A DNA stretch of 64,000 bases, taken from the NCBI GenBank assembly GCA_950097015.1, contig CATNEN010000015.1:930001-994000 (forward strand), in the 5' to 3' direction. This DNA comes from Macrostomum hystrix (taxonomy: Eukaryota > Animalia > Platyhelminthes). Below, piece after piece: positions 1-11,733 of the stretch. The notes beneath the pieces were generated by a model, which did not search any database, was not told the origin of the DNA, and saw only the letters and a program-made list of their open reading frames with translations. Every line of letters begins with the position of its first letter. The stretch's first letter is position 1. Position numbers and translations under genes: made by a program.

Positions 1-148
1 TGAAAGTGTAAAAGCGTAAACTGCACGACAAGCCCCCTAGCCTTCTCTCCGCGGCTGCGTCCCGATTAAATGTGGCCTCTCGGCGGAATCGAGCTCAGGG
101 ACCTCGGTGTGAGAGGCAAACGCGTTAAACGCTCTGCCACTCAGTCCC
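1..148 (-). mobile_element. tRNA-derived SINE, family A (copy 1; may continue off the window edge)
   Basis: The reverse strand reads GGGACTGAGTGGCAGAGCG (A-box-like) ... GAGCTCGATTCC (B-box-like) followed by a non-tRNA body. Homologous copies lie at ~7062-7172 and ~46950-47077. Confidence 0.7.
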
Positions 149-315
149 TAATCCATTAATTCCCAGTTTTTTAGTTTTTCTTTAATAATTATTTTATTTT
201 TCTCAATGCAGTAAAGTTTTGCGTCAAGTTTCATGGAACATGGCAGTCTTGCAACCAGTTTTATTGTATTTAAGCGTTATTTGCGAGGAAAAAATTCAGT
301 ATGTTGTTATTGTTA

Positions 316-2700
316 TTAAATTTTAATTTTATCAACTAAGTGATGTGGAGTGTGCTGCGGGAATCGAGTGGGAGTGTGAGCCAGCATAATTTTTCCAATT
401 TTTAGTAGCCAAATAATCGCGACCCACATAACAGCTGGCCGCAGAACGCAATCATTAATCTTAGGGCCAGACTTGGGGCGGAGGTGAATTAAGTAGCCGC
501 CGATTCCCCTTGTCTCGGATCTGTCTAGTCCCCTGTAGGAGTGACTGATCGCGGCCATAGCAATACTGTATGGACTAGTTTAGGTCATAATTCCCCTCCA
601 AACCGCGATCAGATTGTAGGGATCACTCATGCGTCTAGAGTGAGCATTAATTCTTCATGTCCCTTTTTCTTTACTGTAACCCGAGCCGAAGCTCGATTAT
701 GACCTTTCCCCCTTTAGATACATGTAACGACACTATAGGCAGGTCGGCGCCTGCGCTTCCCATATCCCGGCGGGATCACAATCATTGGCCGACTGCCGGC
801 AGACGCTCCTAGTGGGGCATCTGGCGATTCTCGCCGCCGCTTCAGTGGGCAATTGGGGTGGCATAATGCCGACCCGATTCCTCGCTGACAGGCTGGCGAG
901 CATGTGGGTTATTTGATGAATGCGAGGTTGACGGAACTGCAGGACTATTTAAGAAAGCGCGCTGCGCTGCCCCTAGGACAACCTTCCTCCGGACCTTTCC
1001 CGGAACCTCACCTTGGACCGACCTACCTCCCTTTGGACCAACCTTCCTCCCTTACCACCTTTTTCCCTTGTCCGGTCCCGGAACTCGGTCCGTGGACTCT
1101 CCCCCTACTAGATAGGACTTAGCCCCTGAGCCTAAGGCTCCTCAGAACAGCCGCAGGTAAATTACCTGCATAGCCCCTGAGCATTCAAGCCACCTTTTTG
1201 GGTGAGCTCCAATTGAGCCGTGCGCTCCTGCGATTTGGCCCCTTGCCAATCGCACTAGACACCCCCGTCCCTACTTCCTCTTTCAATTGCCCTTTCCCAG
1301 CGAGAACAACGGCCTGCAGCCCGTCAACCAGCATCGCAGATAAGTAACCCGCGCAGCGGACTTTTATTGCTATCCCTAAGGGATCTTTACTTAGCTAGTG
1401 GGTAATAAGGGCAAGGGCAGGGATTTGTTTTTTTTAGCCTAATAAACTATTCGTTACCAATATGCCAAACCTTAATAATTAGGCCAATTTAATAACAACT
1501 TAATTCCTTTTATCATGCTATTCTTTTCTCTTTATTTAATCGTTAGACAGCCCTCAATCATGAGTGGCTAACTCATTAGGGGGTGGGCTCTGGTGATGCC
1601 TAGCTGAAAGCTGCGGCAGGAGGATAACTGTGAGCGCGCATGAAAGTAATAAGGAGCTAGGGATTTGCGAGTAATATGCGGAGTGTAGCATGTGTTTCTC
1701 TGCTAGGGGTGGGGAAATTCCTTGGCGGGTTTTTCCTCTCTTTCTGGCGGATCAAGGAGTGCGTGTCAACCTCCCTTGTCAATTAAGTTTCCCTTCTGTT
1801 CCCCGCTTCTCGCTGCCGCCGCCATGGGAGCGAGGGGTGTGATCTAATAACCATCGCTTGCATAATCACTCAGCCAGTGTTCTGCTTAATCTCTCCTGCC
1901 TCTGATTTCCTCAACTCACACAGATTCGGATTTGCTAGTTATTTAATGTGTAGGCTGCAATCTAATGTAAGGAATGTGCCTGATGTTTCATGAGTAGGAT
2001 TCCGGCTATGGGTTTCTCATTCGAGTTCGGAGTACCACCTTTCTAGACCACTGTAGCGCAGTTTCAGGAATCCCCTGTTGAGGCGTGTCTCGATTCATTC
2101 TGGGGTCTTCGCCCTAGTCTAAAACGGAAGTTACAGAATGCCCTATTTTTCGGCTTGTCTGAGATCTGTGTGACAAACTAGGAGCTGTGAACTCCGGGGA
2201 CCCAAGTTCCCAAATGTCTGCGGTGGCAACGTAGGCGCATTGGGTGGTGGCGCTACCCTAGATCATTTTCCGCTTTGCCAATAGCCTTTCCGCATTTCTA
2301 AGACAAGAGCCTGGGCCGAATCGACCACTGCTACCAAGGTTAGGAGTCAGTTATGAACATGCTACTGATGACAGTAGGCTATCTAGCCCTGTCCTACCTG
2401 CTTGCGGGTAGTCCGATATCTCTTTAGACTTTAGCCGGTTTCGAGCACTGCTTGGGGTAGGCACGGCAGTCACGCCTGTGGCCTATGGGTTGAGTGGGAC
2501 TGGCCAGCCGGAGGCCGAGAGGACCACTCCCTGCATCCACTGTCTCTCCCTTCATCTCTCCCTTCATCCCTCTCCCCGCGATAAATCGCGAGGCTTTGCG
2601 GTGCGACTCCTAGCTCTATCGCCATTCCCACACTCCCTTTCTCTCTTGAGGACAGGTCATCGGATTGCAAAACCCGCACCCACTTCATAAGCATTTTATA
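316..2700 (-). pseudogene. Heavily decayed non-LTR retrotransposon relic, possibly RTE-like
   Basis: A GC-richer island in AT-rich DNA. Minus-strand frames are broken by stops but include RINAHSRRM...WRGIMT and LATKNWKNY, which loosely recall RTE ORF2 C-terminal motifs. Family and boundaries are uncertain. Confidence 0.3.
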
Positions 2701-3573
2701 TCAACTACTTTTGCAGTTTATCAGACTACTGCACAGTATCTAGATTTCTGGTGTATTATTTTTTACACCAGTGCTAAAATTATGTTTGTATTTTTGCGAA
2801 ATAACTTTTTGTGTAGTTATTTATAATCACCAACGTTCTAGCATTCATTCTCAATTATTTATATTATGCTGTTTGCATTTTTAATACATGTAATACAATA
2901 AATTTGTATAGTTCTCAAACAAGGTTTATATTTTACCCATAGCATTAAATGACAGAGGCATATAGCGGTAAAAACAGCATGCTTTTTTAACACTAGAACC
3001 TCCTAAAACTTACTTACAAAAAAATGAACGTTAAGTAGAATGGAAAACTCAATATGAATAAATTATCGTAATTTATTGTCTGTGCGAATTACCGCGTGTA
3101 TTTTATCTTTCATCGCAATTTTATAACTTTTTCAATTGAATTCGTTGCACTGTTCTTACAGTTGCAAATTAAATTTTATTTCGTAATTATGCGTCGTTAC
3201 TTATGTTTTTCTTTTTTGGGAGTTTAATGATACATAAAAACGAATATGACAGCTTTACGGGTTTTTTAGCTAATATAACAAACCTAACGCTTCTCTTAGT
3301 TACTTAAATACGTTTTATACACATTTTTATGCCAAATCACGATAAATCTGTTATTTATTTACTTAAGAGTTCAAAACAATTTTTTTCAATATTGTCTTGC
3401 TGCTAGGAGAAATAGTGCTTGTCGATTCAAAACGAAAGCAAAGAAAACATTAAGGTTAAATTTTAATACTGTAATCGTAATTTTACACGCGACTTGGTAA
3501 ACTTTAGTACCTCTACCTGTCCAACAGTTTCTGAGATATTTATATCCAAAAATCTTTAAAGCTCGCTGAAGAC

Positions 3574-6500
3574 ATGTCTGCTAGACCGAATCAATGTATC
3601 TGCCAAATCTGCAACTGTGGGTAAGACAAATACAGTACAAAATTTAATCATCTCATTTCTCTGGTGTTTATTTCATGAAAATTTAAGGTTTTATTTCCAA
3701 AAATATGTAAAACCGGTAAGAAAAATATTAAAGATAATCATGCATTTATGTAAACAGCTACTTATCTGATTTCATGCTTAAAAAGTAAACCACATATTTT
3801 GACTTTATTACATTACTTAAATGTAAATGATGGTATAAAAATCATTAGATTACACACGAAATTAAATTTATTATAAAATAAACAATGTAGTTATAAATAA
3901 CGCTAAGACTCAGAATATTATGTAAGCTTAACTAGATAACTCTACTACATAATAATATATGGTCATTTTTGTTTATATTTATAACTTTCAAAAACAAATG
4001 ATTCAAAAATGCGTACTTATAACTATGACTAAACCTTTAAATTTTTTATTAAACGTGTTGCTGTTTTAAAAAACTGAAGGTTTTCTATGTGATTGTAATC
4101 CATTTCTCTTTGACATCACCAGCCGTCACCGCTGCAAGGTGCACCCGAATCGACCAGTCCGCGACGGCCCGTGCCAGCTGTCTGAGTACGCCAACAAGTT
4201 CATCCCGCACCCGATGGTGCCCGTTGGTAGCTTCAAACCCACCGTGCGGGCGGCAGCCAGCGAGGGCCCCCTGTCCGACAAGACTACCCACCGAGTGGAC
4301 TTCGTGCCGCACCCGCTGGACCGGCCAAAGCCGCACCAGGCTGAGCAGTACCGCCCGCCCTCCGGCCAGTTCGACGGCGTAACCATGTACACCAAAGAGT
4401 ACACACCCAAGCGGGGCGAGCGAGCCGCTGCTGCGAAGCGCGAGGTGAAGCGCGGCGTGGCCGGGGAGTTCCGCGGCGAGCCGACCTACAAGCATGACTA
4501 CCGCCGCTGGGACATGCCCAAGCTGGAGCGCAGCCGCACAAACCCGCAGTGGGAGCCCAGCAAGACTCCATTCGCCGGCTTGCCGACCTACACCACAGAC
4601 TATGTGGCGCATCCCGGCCGGTGAGTCTTTGTCATTGTGCTCGAGTTCCGTGTGTTCAGACGCGGAGAAGTTTACTAAAAATGCAAGTTCTTAGAAACCT
4701 CCACTTAAACAAATTTTCTATGTAAAAGTCCACATAAACTTACACAATGTAATTTAGCATGAAAAAGTCATTCATCGATTTCGTCTTCAGCATGATCGAA
4801 TAGTAAGACGCCAATATAATTTAAAGGTAATACCTAAATCTGACTTTTACACAATCTACAGTAATAATGGATTTTATTTCCTTTGTTTAAAACTTTTTAG
4901 CGATAATTTTAATGTCTCAAATTCCTCCTCGTGTATTCACAGTGTGACTGGTTCAATGTGTCACTTAAAATCACGTGATTACGTCGAATTTGGCCCCGAT
5001 GGGCTTGTAGCCCAGTGATTAGAGCGTCGGACTCATGATTTGAAGGTCAGGGACTCGATTCTCGACTACACTAGAACAATTAGCAAGACACTTAACTCAG
5101 TGTTGCTTTACTTCACCCAGCTGGTAAATGGGTACCAGCATTAGCTGAGAGTGGGTGTGGCGTCCCCCACCCAGTCCATGGACTGAAAATCTGTACGCAG
5201 CCTTCAGATGCGCCGAGCATTAGCTGTGGCTGTGCTGTGGGCACGTCTGGCGATGGCGAAAGCGATGCGTGAATGCCAAAATAATATCTTCACATTCTTG
5301 CAGACCTTCCACCAGCTGCAAGCCAAACGAGGTGGCTCGCATGTCTTCAGAGCCGCTGGAGAGCCAGACCGACTACCGGCAGAGCTACGTGCCGCACCCG
5401 CTGGAGCGCCGGCGCGAGAAGGAGCGCCAAGCCTGGGCCCGGCCCTCCGCGCCTTTCGACGGCCTGAGCACCTTCGCACGCGACTTCACACCGAAATCGG
5501 CCGCGGCTCGGATCTCCATGAAGCCGGACGCCACAGCGTTTGCGTCTAACGCTCCGTTCAAGGACGACACGACCCATCGCGTGGACTTCAAGCCGTGGGA
5601 GCTGCAGCGACACGCCGTGCACAAAGCCGAGCCGTACGTAGCCCCGGAGGGCTGTCTGGACGGCACCACGACCTACGCCAAGGACTATCCGGCCCATCGG
5701 GTTGTCAAGGAGACTTTTTCGAGGCGCGTCGAGCGAGGACTGCCGAGTGGAGAGTTCAACGATTCCACTGACTACAAGTGAGGCCAATATTAGCATTGGC
5801 TCTATGTCCTCTTATTTTATGGAGCTATTGTGCAAATTTTATACCATTGGCTTTTAAAGACGCATAGATAATCGCGAGGCAATTTTCAGAAACTCAGAAA
5901 AATGTTGGATTTTATATTATTTTTTAATTTAGTTTCTTTCCTTTGGCATTGACAGGAGTTCTAGGTAATACAGGAAGTCGTCAATGCTCGTTGACAAAGT
6001 CCATTTTGTGTTGGCAACCGCAGAGCTTGGAAACTGACAGAATGGGTTAGGGTTAGTTCAACGGAATAAATAAGTAGAGCGTCGATGGAAACAGAGAGGC
6101 TTCGCATGCAGGCCTGCAAGAATGCCCTGCCTCATTGTTGACTGAGCTGGCCCCACTAAAATAGAAATGAAAATAGCAAAGTTTCGCCCTGTGTGGCATG
6201 GACACAAACTGGGCAATCAAGGCCTGCCCACCTTCACCCACCTCCTGTCCATTTCTCAGCCCCCGTAGCTTTTCAACTTGCTCTTTTGTCTTCGGCTCTT
6301 CATTTTTTGTCGCTAGCTAGCCCACACTCGAGAATGTCTCACGCCTTCTATACTATTTTAGCTGTTCTAGAAGGGCTTTTGCCTAGGATTTTCTCAATTC
6401 AGGTGTCTGGGTTCTTAATGGATGGGCCACTAGTGGCCGTGTGGTCCGAAAAACAGTCTATTTTGCCTGCTTGAAAGTCTTTTGCTACGAATTTCAGTTA

Positions 6501-7522
6501 GACTACTAACAGTAGCGGAGCAAGCTTATAAATTAAAGCGAAAATTGCTTTCCCAGGGACAACTACAAGAAGTGGGCGCTGGCTGGTCGCGAGCGGGTCG
6601 GACCGAACCAGACTTACCAGCCCAACGCGGCGCCATTCGAGGGCCAGAGCACCACGGCCAGCCACTACGTGCCGCACCCGATGGACGTCAGGCGCAGCTT
6701 CAAGCCGTCGCAGGACGCGGCCAGGACCGAGGGACCATTCGACGGGACCACGCTCTACCGGTGAGTGAAATAGCCGAAACTGTTTTCTTCAAACCGAAAC
6801 TCACAAACTCACATTCGAGCTCAGAAACCTTGGTACAAGAGTCGCAAAGAGAGAGTGAGAAAGTAAAATTATAATTGTAAAACTATTCAATATGCAAAGC
6901 GATTTGTTTCCAGAAAACAAAGCCAATTTCGTTTTAAAAATCAAAACTCTTGATTTCAAAATTATAACAACTTAATTAAATTGTCTAAATCCTTTAATTA
7001 GTAGTTCTGCGAATAAAGTCTTATTTAAAAGCCACATCAAAAAGTTCTGCCCATTCCGCTGAACCCTGAGCGCATAAGCATAAGGTGTATTCGTTTGCCC
7101 CAAAATGTGACCTCGCTACGGAATCGAGCTCAGGGACCTTGGAGTGAGAGGCAAACACGTTAGACAGGTCTGGCAATCGTCCCCCAGACGAAAAGCAATA
7201 CCCAAAGTCAGCAGTTTAAAAAATCCAAGCACCTATCCTGGTATTCGCACAAAAGTTCTCACATAGAAGATTGACCCAATTATAATTTGAAGCACCTGAA
7301 AGCAGTCGTGAAACTTACCCTCCCCCATCGACCTGCAGCATGGAGTACGTGCCGAAGCACGTGGAGCCGTGCCCGGCGGCACTGCTAGACACACAGGCCT
7401 CGCGCTATCGCTACCAGGCCACTGACGACATCGGGCACAAGTTCTACGCGACGAAGAACGGCCAGGCGGAAGCCACTGTCACGGACCTCAGCACAGGCCA
7501 GCTGGTGACAGCTGTCAACTGA
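3574..7522 (+). CDS. SAXO1/2-like: Stabilizer of axonemal microtubules (SAXO/FAM154 family), ~468 aa, 5 exons
   Basis: Exons 3574-3620, 4123-4620, 5304-5777, 6557-6760 and 7339-7522, all GT-AG, phases match, total 1407 nt. The N-terminus MSARPNQCICQICNCGRHRC matches the SAXO CIC..C.CGRH.C motif. Repeated Mn-type motifs follow (F.G.TTY..DY..H/W, e.g. GEPTYKHDYRRW, GLPTYTTDYVAH, DGTTTYAKDYPAH). Confidence 0.92.
5001..5275 (+). mobile_element. tRNA-derived SINE, family B (in SAXO intron 2)
   Basis: tRNA-like head, then a core GCAAGACACTTAAC...TTCACCCAGCTGGTAAATGGGTACC, then the palindrome CAGTCCATGGACTG. Colinear with the copy at 55264-55560. Confidence 0.75.
7062..7172 (-). mobile_element. tRNA-derived SINE, family A (degenerate copy in SAXO intron 4)
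   Basis: GGAATCGAGCTCAGGGACCTTGGAGTGAGAGGCAAACACGTT closely matches bases 86-126. Confidence 0.65.
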
Positions 7523-8629
7523 ACTGGACTAACTGACGGTCTGTTTCAGTTGTCAGGTCGTCCAAGAGGCAGCGAATCGGCAGGATGACATATTTTTTCT
7601 ATTCAAATTGGCGCGCAAATTTTATTGACTGAAATATGTTCGCTGGAGTTTGCTTATCGAGCTCGTTGCTTTTGGATCTAACCTGTCTGCTAGGCTCTCC
7701 CATATTACTAAGCATTCCCTCTTCAGTCAGTCTACCTCTTCTCTCTTCTGCTCTCTCTTATTCTCTCGTTAAGTTTCTATTTTTAACCTTGATATTACGC
7801 AATTCGGCACTGAGACAGTTAAGTGAGTGTCATGTGCTCTCGACGTACGCCATGAGTTGGATATATAGAAGTTTTCTATTTAGTTACCATTTGCTTCTGT
7901 TTAACTGTATTGACGTCAAAATTCAGTTTTTTAATCTAACTTGAACTAATTTGTCTTGCTGGATTCCGAATTTTATTCCACATTTTTACTTTTCATTGAT
8001 TTTTCGTTTCCTGAAGAGGAAAATAATGATTTTTTGATTTTCTATGTGGTGCACTCTGAAATTCGCCCAATCTTTGACTGGAATCTGCAGGACTTTCCTC
8101 GAATTGCTTGCTAATTTCAGTTCTCCCATCGCTGAATAGAACCAATTCTATTTTGGCTTCAGACCATTGACACAGGGAACCTGCGCTGTCTAAATGCAAT
8201 TGCAATTTCCCTACTTTCTAAGAAACCACTGCTTCGCTTCAAATTTTTGTCGTGTGTGTTCTGATTCCAGGAAAAGTCTATTTATTCACAAAGTACCATA
8301 GTTATTGTGTACTCGTAACAACAATAGTTAACATGAATACAGTATTTTGCAGCATGACGCATAAGCTGGCTGGCTTATTGATTTCTGATTATTGCCTCGA
8401 AAACTGAGTAACTCAACACTTGTCGACGTGTTTCTCTTAATTGGCTTGTTTTGTTAGAATCTGCACGAATCCTGATGCCGTATGAAAACTGCAAGCTTAG
8501 ACATCAACCAAAGGCAATGCCAGATAGTCTACCTAGCTACTTGCTATGACTGGATGCAGCACTGGTGAGAAAATAACAATTTACTTCGGGTGTGTCATAA
8601 GTAATGTCACTGAGGGTAAAACAGACCAA

Positions 8630-9718
8630 CTAACAATCGCAGATGAACGAAACTGTATCAATCAACAACATAGTGTCCCCAATATCAATCACCCTCTGGC
8701 AGTGCTCGTACAGCTTCTCTACCTCAGCCTGCAGGTGTTTTTCCTCCAGCTGTCGGAACCAGTGCAACGCGGTTTCTTTGACCTCATCATGGTTTGCGAA
8801 ACTTCTCTGGGAAAAGTCTGCCTTCAGCCATTTAAAGAGAAACCTGTCGCACAAGTTGAAGTCTGGGCTGTAGGGACTCTGCCAGAGCAGATTTACTCGC
8901 CGTCCAGCCAGAAAATCCGAAACAGCCTGACAGGTGTGGGGCCGTGCGTTGTCCATCTGCCACAGAACTTCGTTCAGGTGAATCGGGTTTGACCGGAGCG
9001 TGCGCCAGAGGTTCCCAGTGTGTCGGACAAAGTCGATGAAGTACTGGCCATCGACCTTGGTGTTTGGCGGAGTTGTACAGATGGAGACTCGTTTGTTTGG
9101 CGTGAATGCCACCAGCAGCATGGTCTTCTTGTCTGAGATGGACCTCCTGGTCACAGTCAGCCTGGAGTCCCCAGCTCCCAGCCAGCAGCGATTGTCTGCC
9201 TTGCTGCTTTTGCCATCCAGGTGGAGCCAGGTCTCATCCTCAACAACCAGGCAGTTTAGGATGTCATCCAAGCCCCGGCTGCTGAACACCTTGCGGATCT
9301 GATTGGCGCAGTTCATACGGGCCTGACGTTGGTCCGCAGTGAGGTCATGGGGCACCCAGACCAAGCAGACGTTTCGGAGATGGAGATCCTCTGTCAAGAT
9401 GCGATGGACTGTCTTGAAATCAATCTCCAAGCAGTCCGCTAGCTCCCTGACAGACTGCCGCGGGTCTTCCTTGACCAGGTCGCTGATGACTTCGATGTTC
9501 TCTATTGTCCTGGTTGAACATGGTCGTCCAGATCTGGCGGCATCTCCCAATTCGAACCCAGGATCAGTAAAGTTCTGAAACCACCTGTAAATTGTCCTGC
9601 GAGTTGGGCAGTTGTCTGGCAGTGTGTTCCGGAGATCCTCCTCTACTTCAAGTGCAGATTTTCCAAGCTTGAAGCGAATGAAAGCGTAGAACTGGATGTG
9701 CGTCTTGTCGTGATTCAT
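8630..9718 (-). CDS. mariner transposase, ~362 aa
   Basis: N-terminal HTH regions, WVPHDL linker, catalytic VEDETW, QMDNARPH and SPYSPDFNLCD, with 34 residues between the second and third Asp. First ATG is at 9718. Confidence 0.93.
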   Translation of the reverse strand: MNHDKTHIQFYAFIRFKLGKSALEVEEDLRNTLPDNCPTRRTIYRWFQNFTDPGFELGDAARSGRPCSTRTIENIEVISDLVKEDPRQSVRELADCLEIDFKTVHRILTEDLHLRNVCLVWVPHDLTADQRQARMNCANQIRKVFSSRGLDDILNCLVVEDETWLHLDGKSSKADNRCWLGAGDSRLTVTRRSISDKKTMLLVAFTPNKRVSICTTPPNTKVDGQYFIDFVRHTGNLWRTLRSNPIHLNEVLWQMDNARPHTCQAVSDFLAGRRVNLLWQSPYSPDFNLCDRFLFKWLKADFSQRSFANHDEVKETALHWFRQLEEKHLQAEVEKLYEHCQRVIDIGDTMLLIDTVSFICDC

Positions 9719-10696
9719 GTTGAGTTTTGCTCGTTGCAAAAAGAAGATTTCATCGCGTTGCGCTTGCTAAATCTGATTAACAAATTCTTGCGACAGTTTT
9801 GGCCATAGACATTAAAATTGCTGCTCAGGTGTGGTGGCAACTTCTCAATAAATGTACTTTCAGAATCTATATATATAAAAGTGAAAACTCTGTCTGTGTG
9901 TGTGTGTGTGTGTGCAACCTTTTGTCTTTATAGACGCCGAAACCGCTCAACCAAATCGCACCAAACTTTGCACATACCTAAAACCACCTACGATTTTTGA
10001 GCAGTTTTTTGCACTTTTGAGCAGGAAGGAAATGATTTTTCGGGAATTTGAGTAGCCTATTGCACTCAGCGTAGGTGGTTTTAGGTATGTGCAAAGTTTG
10101 GTGCGATTTGGTTGAGCGGTTTCGGCGTCTATAAAGACAAAAGGTTGCACACACACACACAGACACACAGACAGAGTTTTCACTTTTATATATATAGATA
10201 GGCTACTCAAATTCCCGAAAAATCATTTCCTTCCTGCTCAAAAGTGCAAAAAACTGCTCAAAAATCGTCAAAAAATCACTCAATTCGACATATCGTCGCC
10301 CCACTTTGTCAGATTTTCTCCAAATTTGATCCACTTACACTTTACATGTTTTCCAACAATGCTGTCAATTTTGAACATCTCTACTCAATCCAGAGCAAAG
10401 CTGCATCATCTCAAAGTGAGTCACTTTTTGTTTTCCGAGGACAGCCACCCCAACTCCCCTCCGCCACTCTGCGGGCCAAATTTTATTACAGCCACCCCCT
10501 CCCTTCCCCGGGCGCCGAAGCCCCAGACTGTACATTGTATTTCAAGCCGTGAATGTACACAGCCCAAACCCCTAGACTGTCTACTGGCCCCCAAGCAGCA
10601 CTGAGACTGAGTGCGGTGAGTGCGGTGGCGTTCCAGTGCGCAGGGCTCTCCGGTCGATATTTCTCTCCAGCCAGCCTGGGATAGAAGAAAGAGAGA

Positions 10697-11308
10697 GGCT
10701 GGTCAGAGAGGGAAATTCTGTGTCCTAGAAATGATGCCGCCAACGAAATTAACTACCAACTGCTTCAGGAGTTGCCAGGTGCAGTTTTCACCTACAAGTC
10801 AATTGATACAACGTTGACTGATGACACCGCTGTGGAGTATCCTGTTGAGTTTCTGAACTCTCTAGATCCTCCTGGAACTCCATCGCACAACTTGCAGCTG
10901 AAAGTTGGGGCACCAATTATGCTCCTCCGCAACCTGAATGCGCCAAGGCTGTGTAACGGCACCAGACTGATAGTCAGGCGGCTCTTCCCACACGTGATTG
11001 AGGCCACGATAATGACTGGATATGGCAGAGGAGAGTCTGTGTTCGTTCCCCGGATTCCAATTATCCCCACGGACCTGCCATTTCAGTTCAAGCGACTGCA
11101 GTTCCCTGTGAGAGTGTGCTTTGCGATGACTATTAACAAGGCTCAGGGACAGTCGCTGAAGGTGGCTGGCATCAACCTGGAGACTCCTTGCTTCTCGCAT
11201 GGGCAGCTTTATGTCGCCTGCTCCCGTGTTGGAACTCTAGCTGGCCTATTCATTTTCGCACCAAGGGGAAGAACGAAGAATGTGGTGTATCCCCAGGCCT
11301 TGAGGTGA
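10697..11308 (+). pseudogene. Helitron RepHel C-terminal PIF1-like helicase fragment (~200 aa, open frame)
   Basis: WSEREILCPRND...LKVGAPIMLLRNLNAPRLCNGTRL...FKRLQFPVRVCFAMTINKAQGQSL...FSHGQLYVACSRV...TKNVVY are hallmark Helitron helicase motifs. No Rep domain is present. Confidence 0.9.
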
Positions 11309-11460
11309 CTCGCAAGCAATTAATAGAAAAGTAGTCACGAATTGACCTTGACCTGTCTAACTCTGAACTGTGAAACAGTTTAATTTTGTTTCTTTGACAT
11401 TGTTATTGTTATGCCATGGCTATTTTCCTTATGTATACGCGTGTACATGCATACTGTATA

Positions 11461-11733
11461 CAGAGGCAGATTTAGGGGGGGGGGCGGGGGGCAGTCGGCC
11501 CCCTAAATTTTAATCATGGGAATAAGATGCCCTCACCAGGGGCGCCAGTCGCAGCACTGGCGCCCCTTTTCGGCCGCTGGCGCCCCTTTTTCAGCCGCTG
11601 GCTCCCGTTTTCAGCCACTGGCGCCCTTTCTTGGCTCCTGGCGCCCTTTTTCGGCCGCTGGCACCCCCTCTGTGATTCTCATGGCGCTCCCCTGACAGAC
11701 CGCCCCAAAACAAAATTCCTGGATCTGCCACTG
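11461..11733. mobile_element. hAT-type MITE (273 bp) nested in the Helitron
   Basis: TIRs CAGAGGCAGATTTAGG / CAGTGGCAGATCCAGG (reverse complement of the right end). Perfect 8-bp TSD ACTGTATA at 11453-60 and 11734-41. Confidence 0.9.

Noticed and set aside
500-2760. Visually frequent CTAG/TAG, suggesting RIP-like or non-CpG methylation-driven decay
   Set aside because: A rough count gives only about twofold over uniform expectation, and there is no consensus to polarise mutations. It would need alignment to the parent element.
3300-3573. Expected RFX X-box upstream of the ciliary SAXO gene
   Set aside because: Only weak partial matches were found, with no convincing site in the proximal region.
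4085-5796. Antisense and alternative-frame ORFs over SAXO exons (and similarly over the FReD, INPP1, semaphorin and mariner CDSs)
   Set aside because: These are shadow ORFs of GC-rich coding sequence with no independent motifs.
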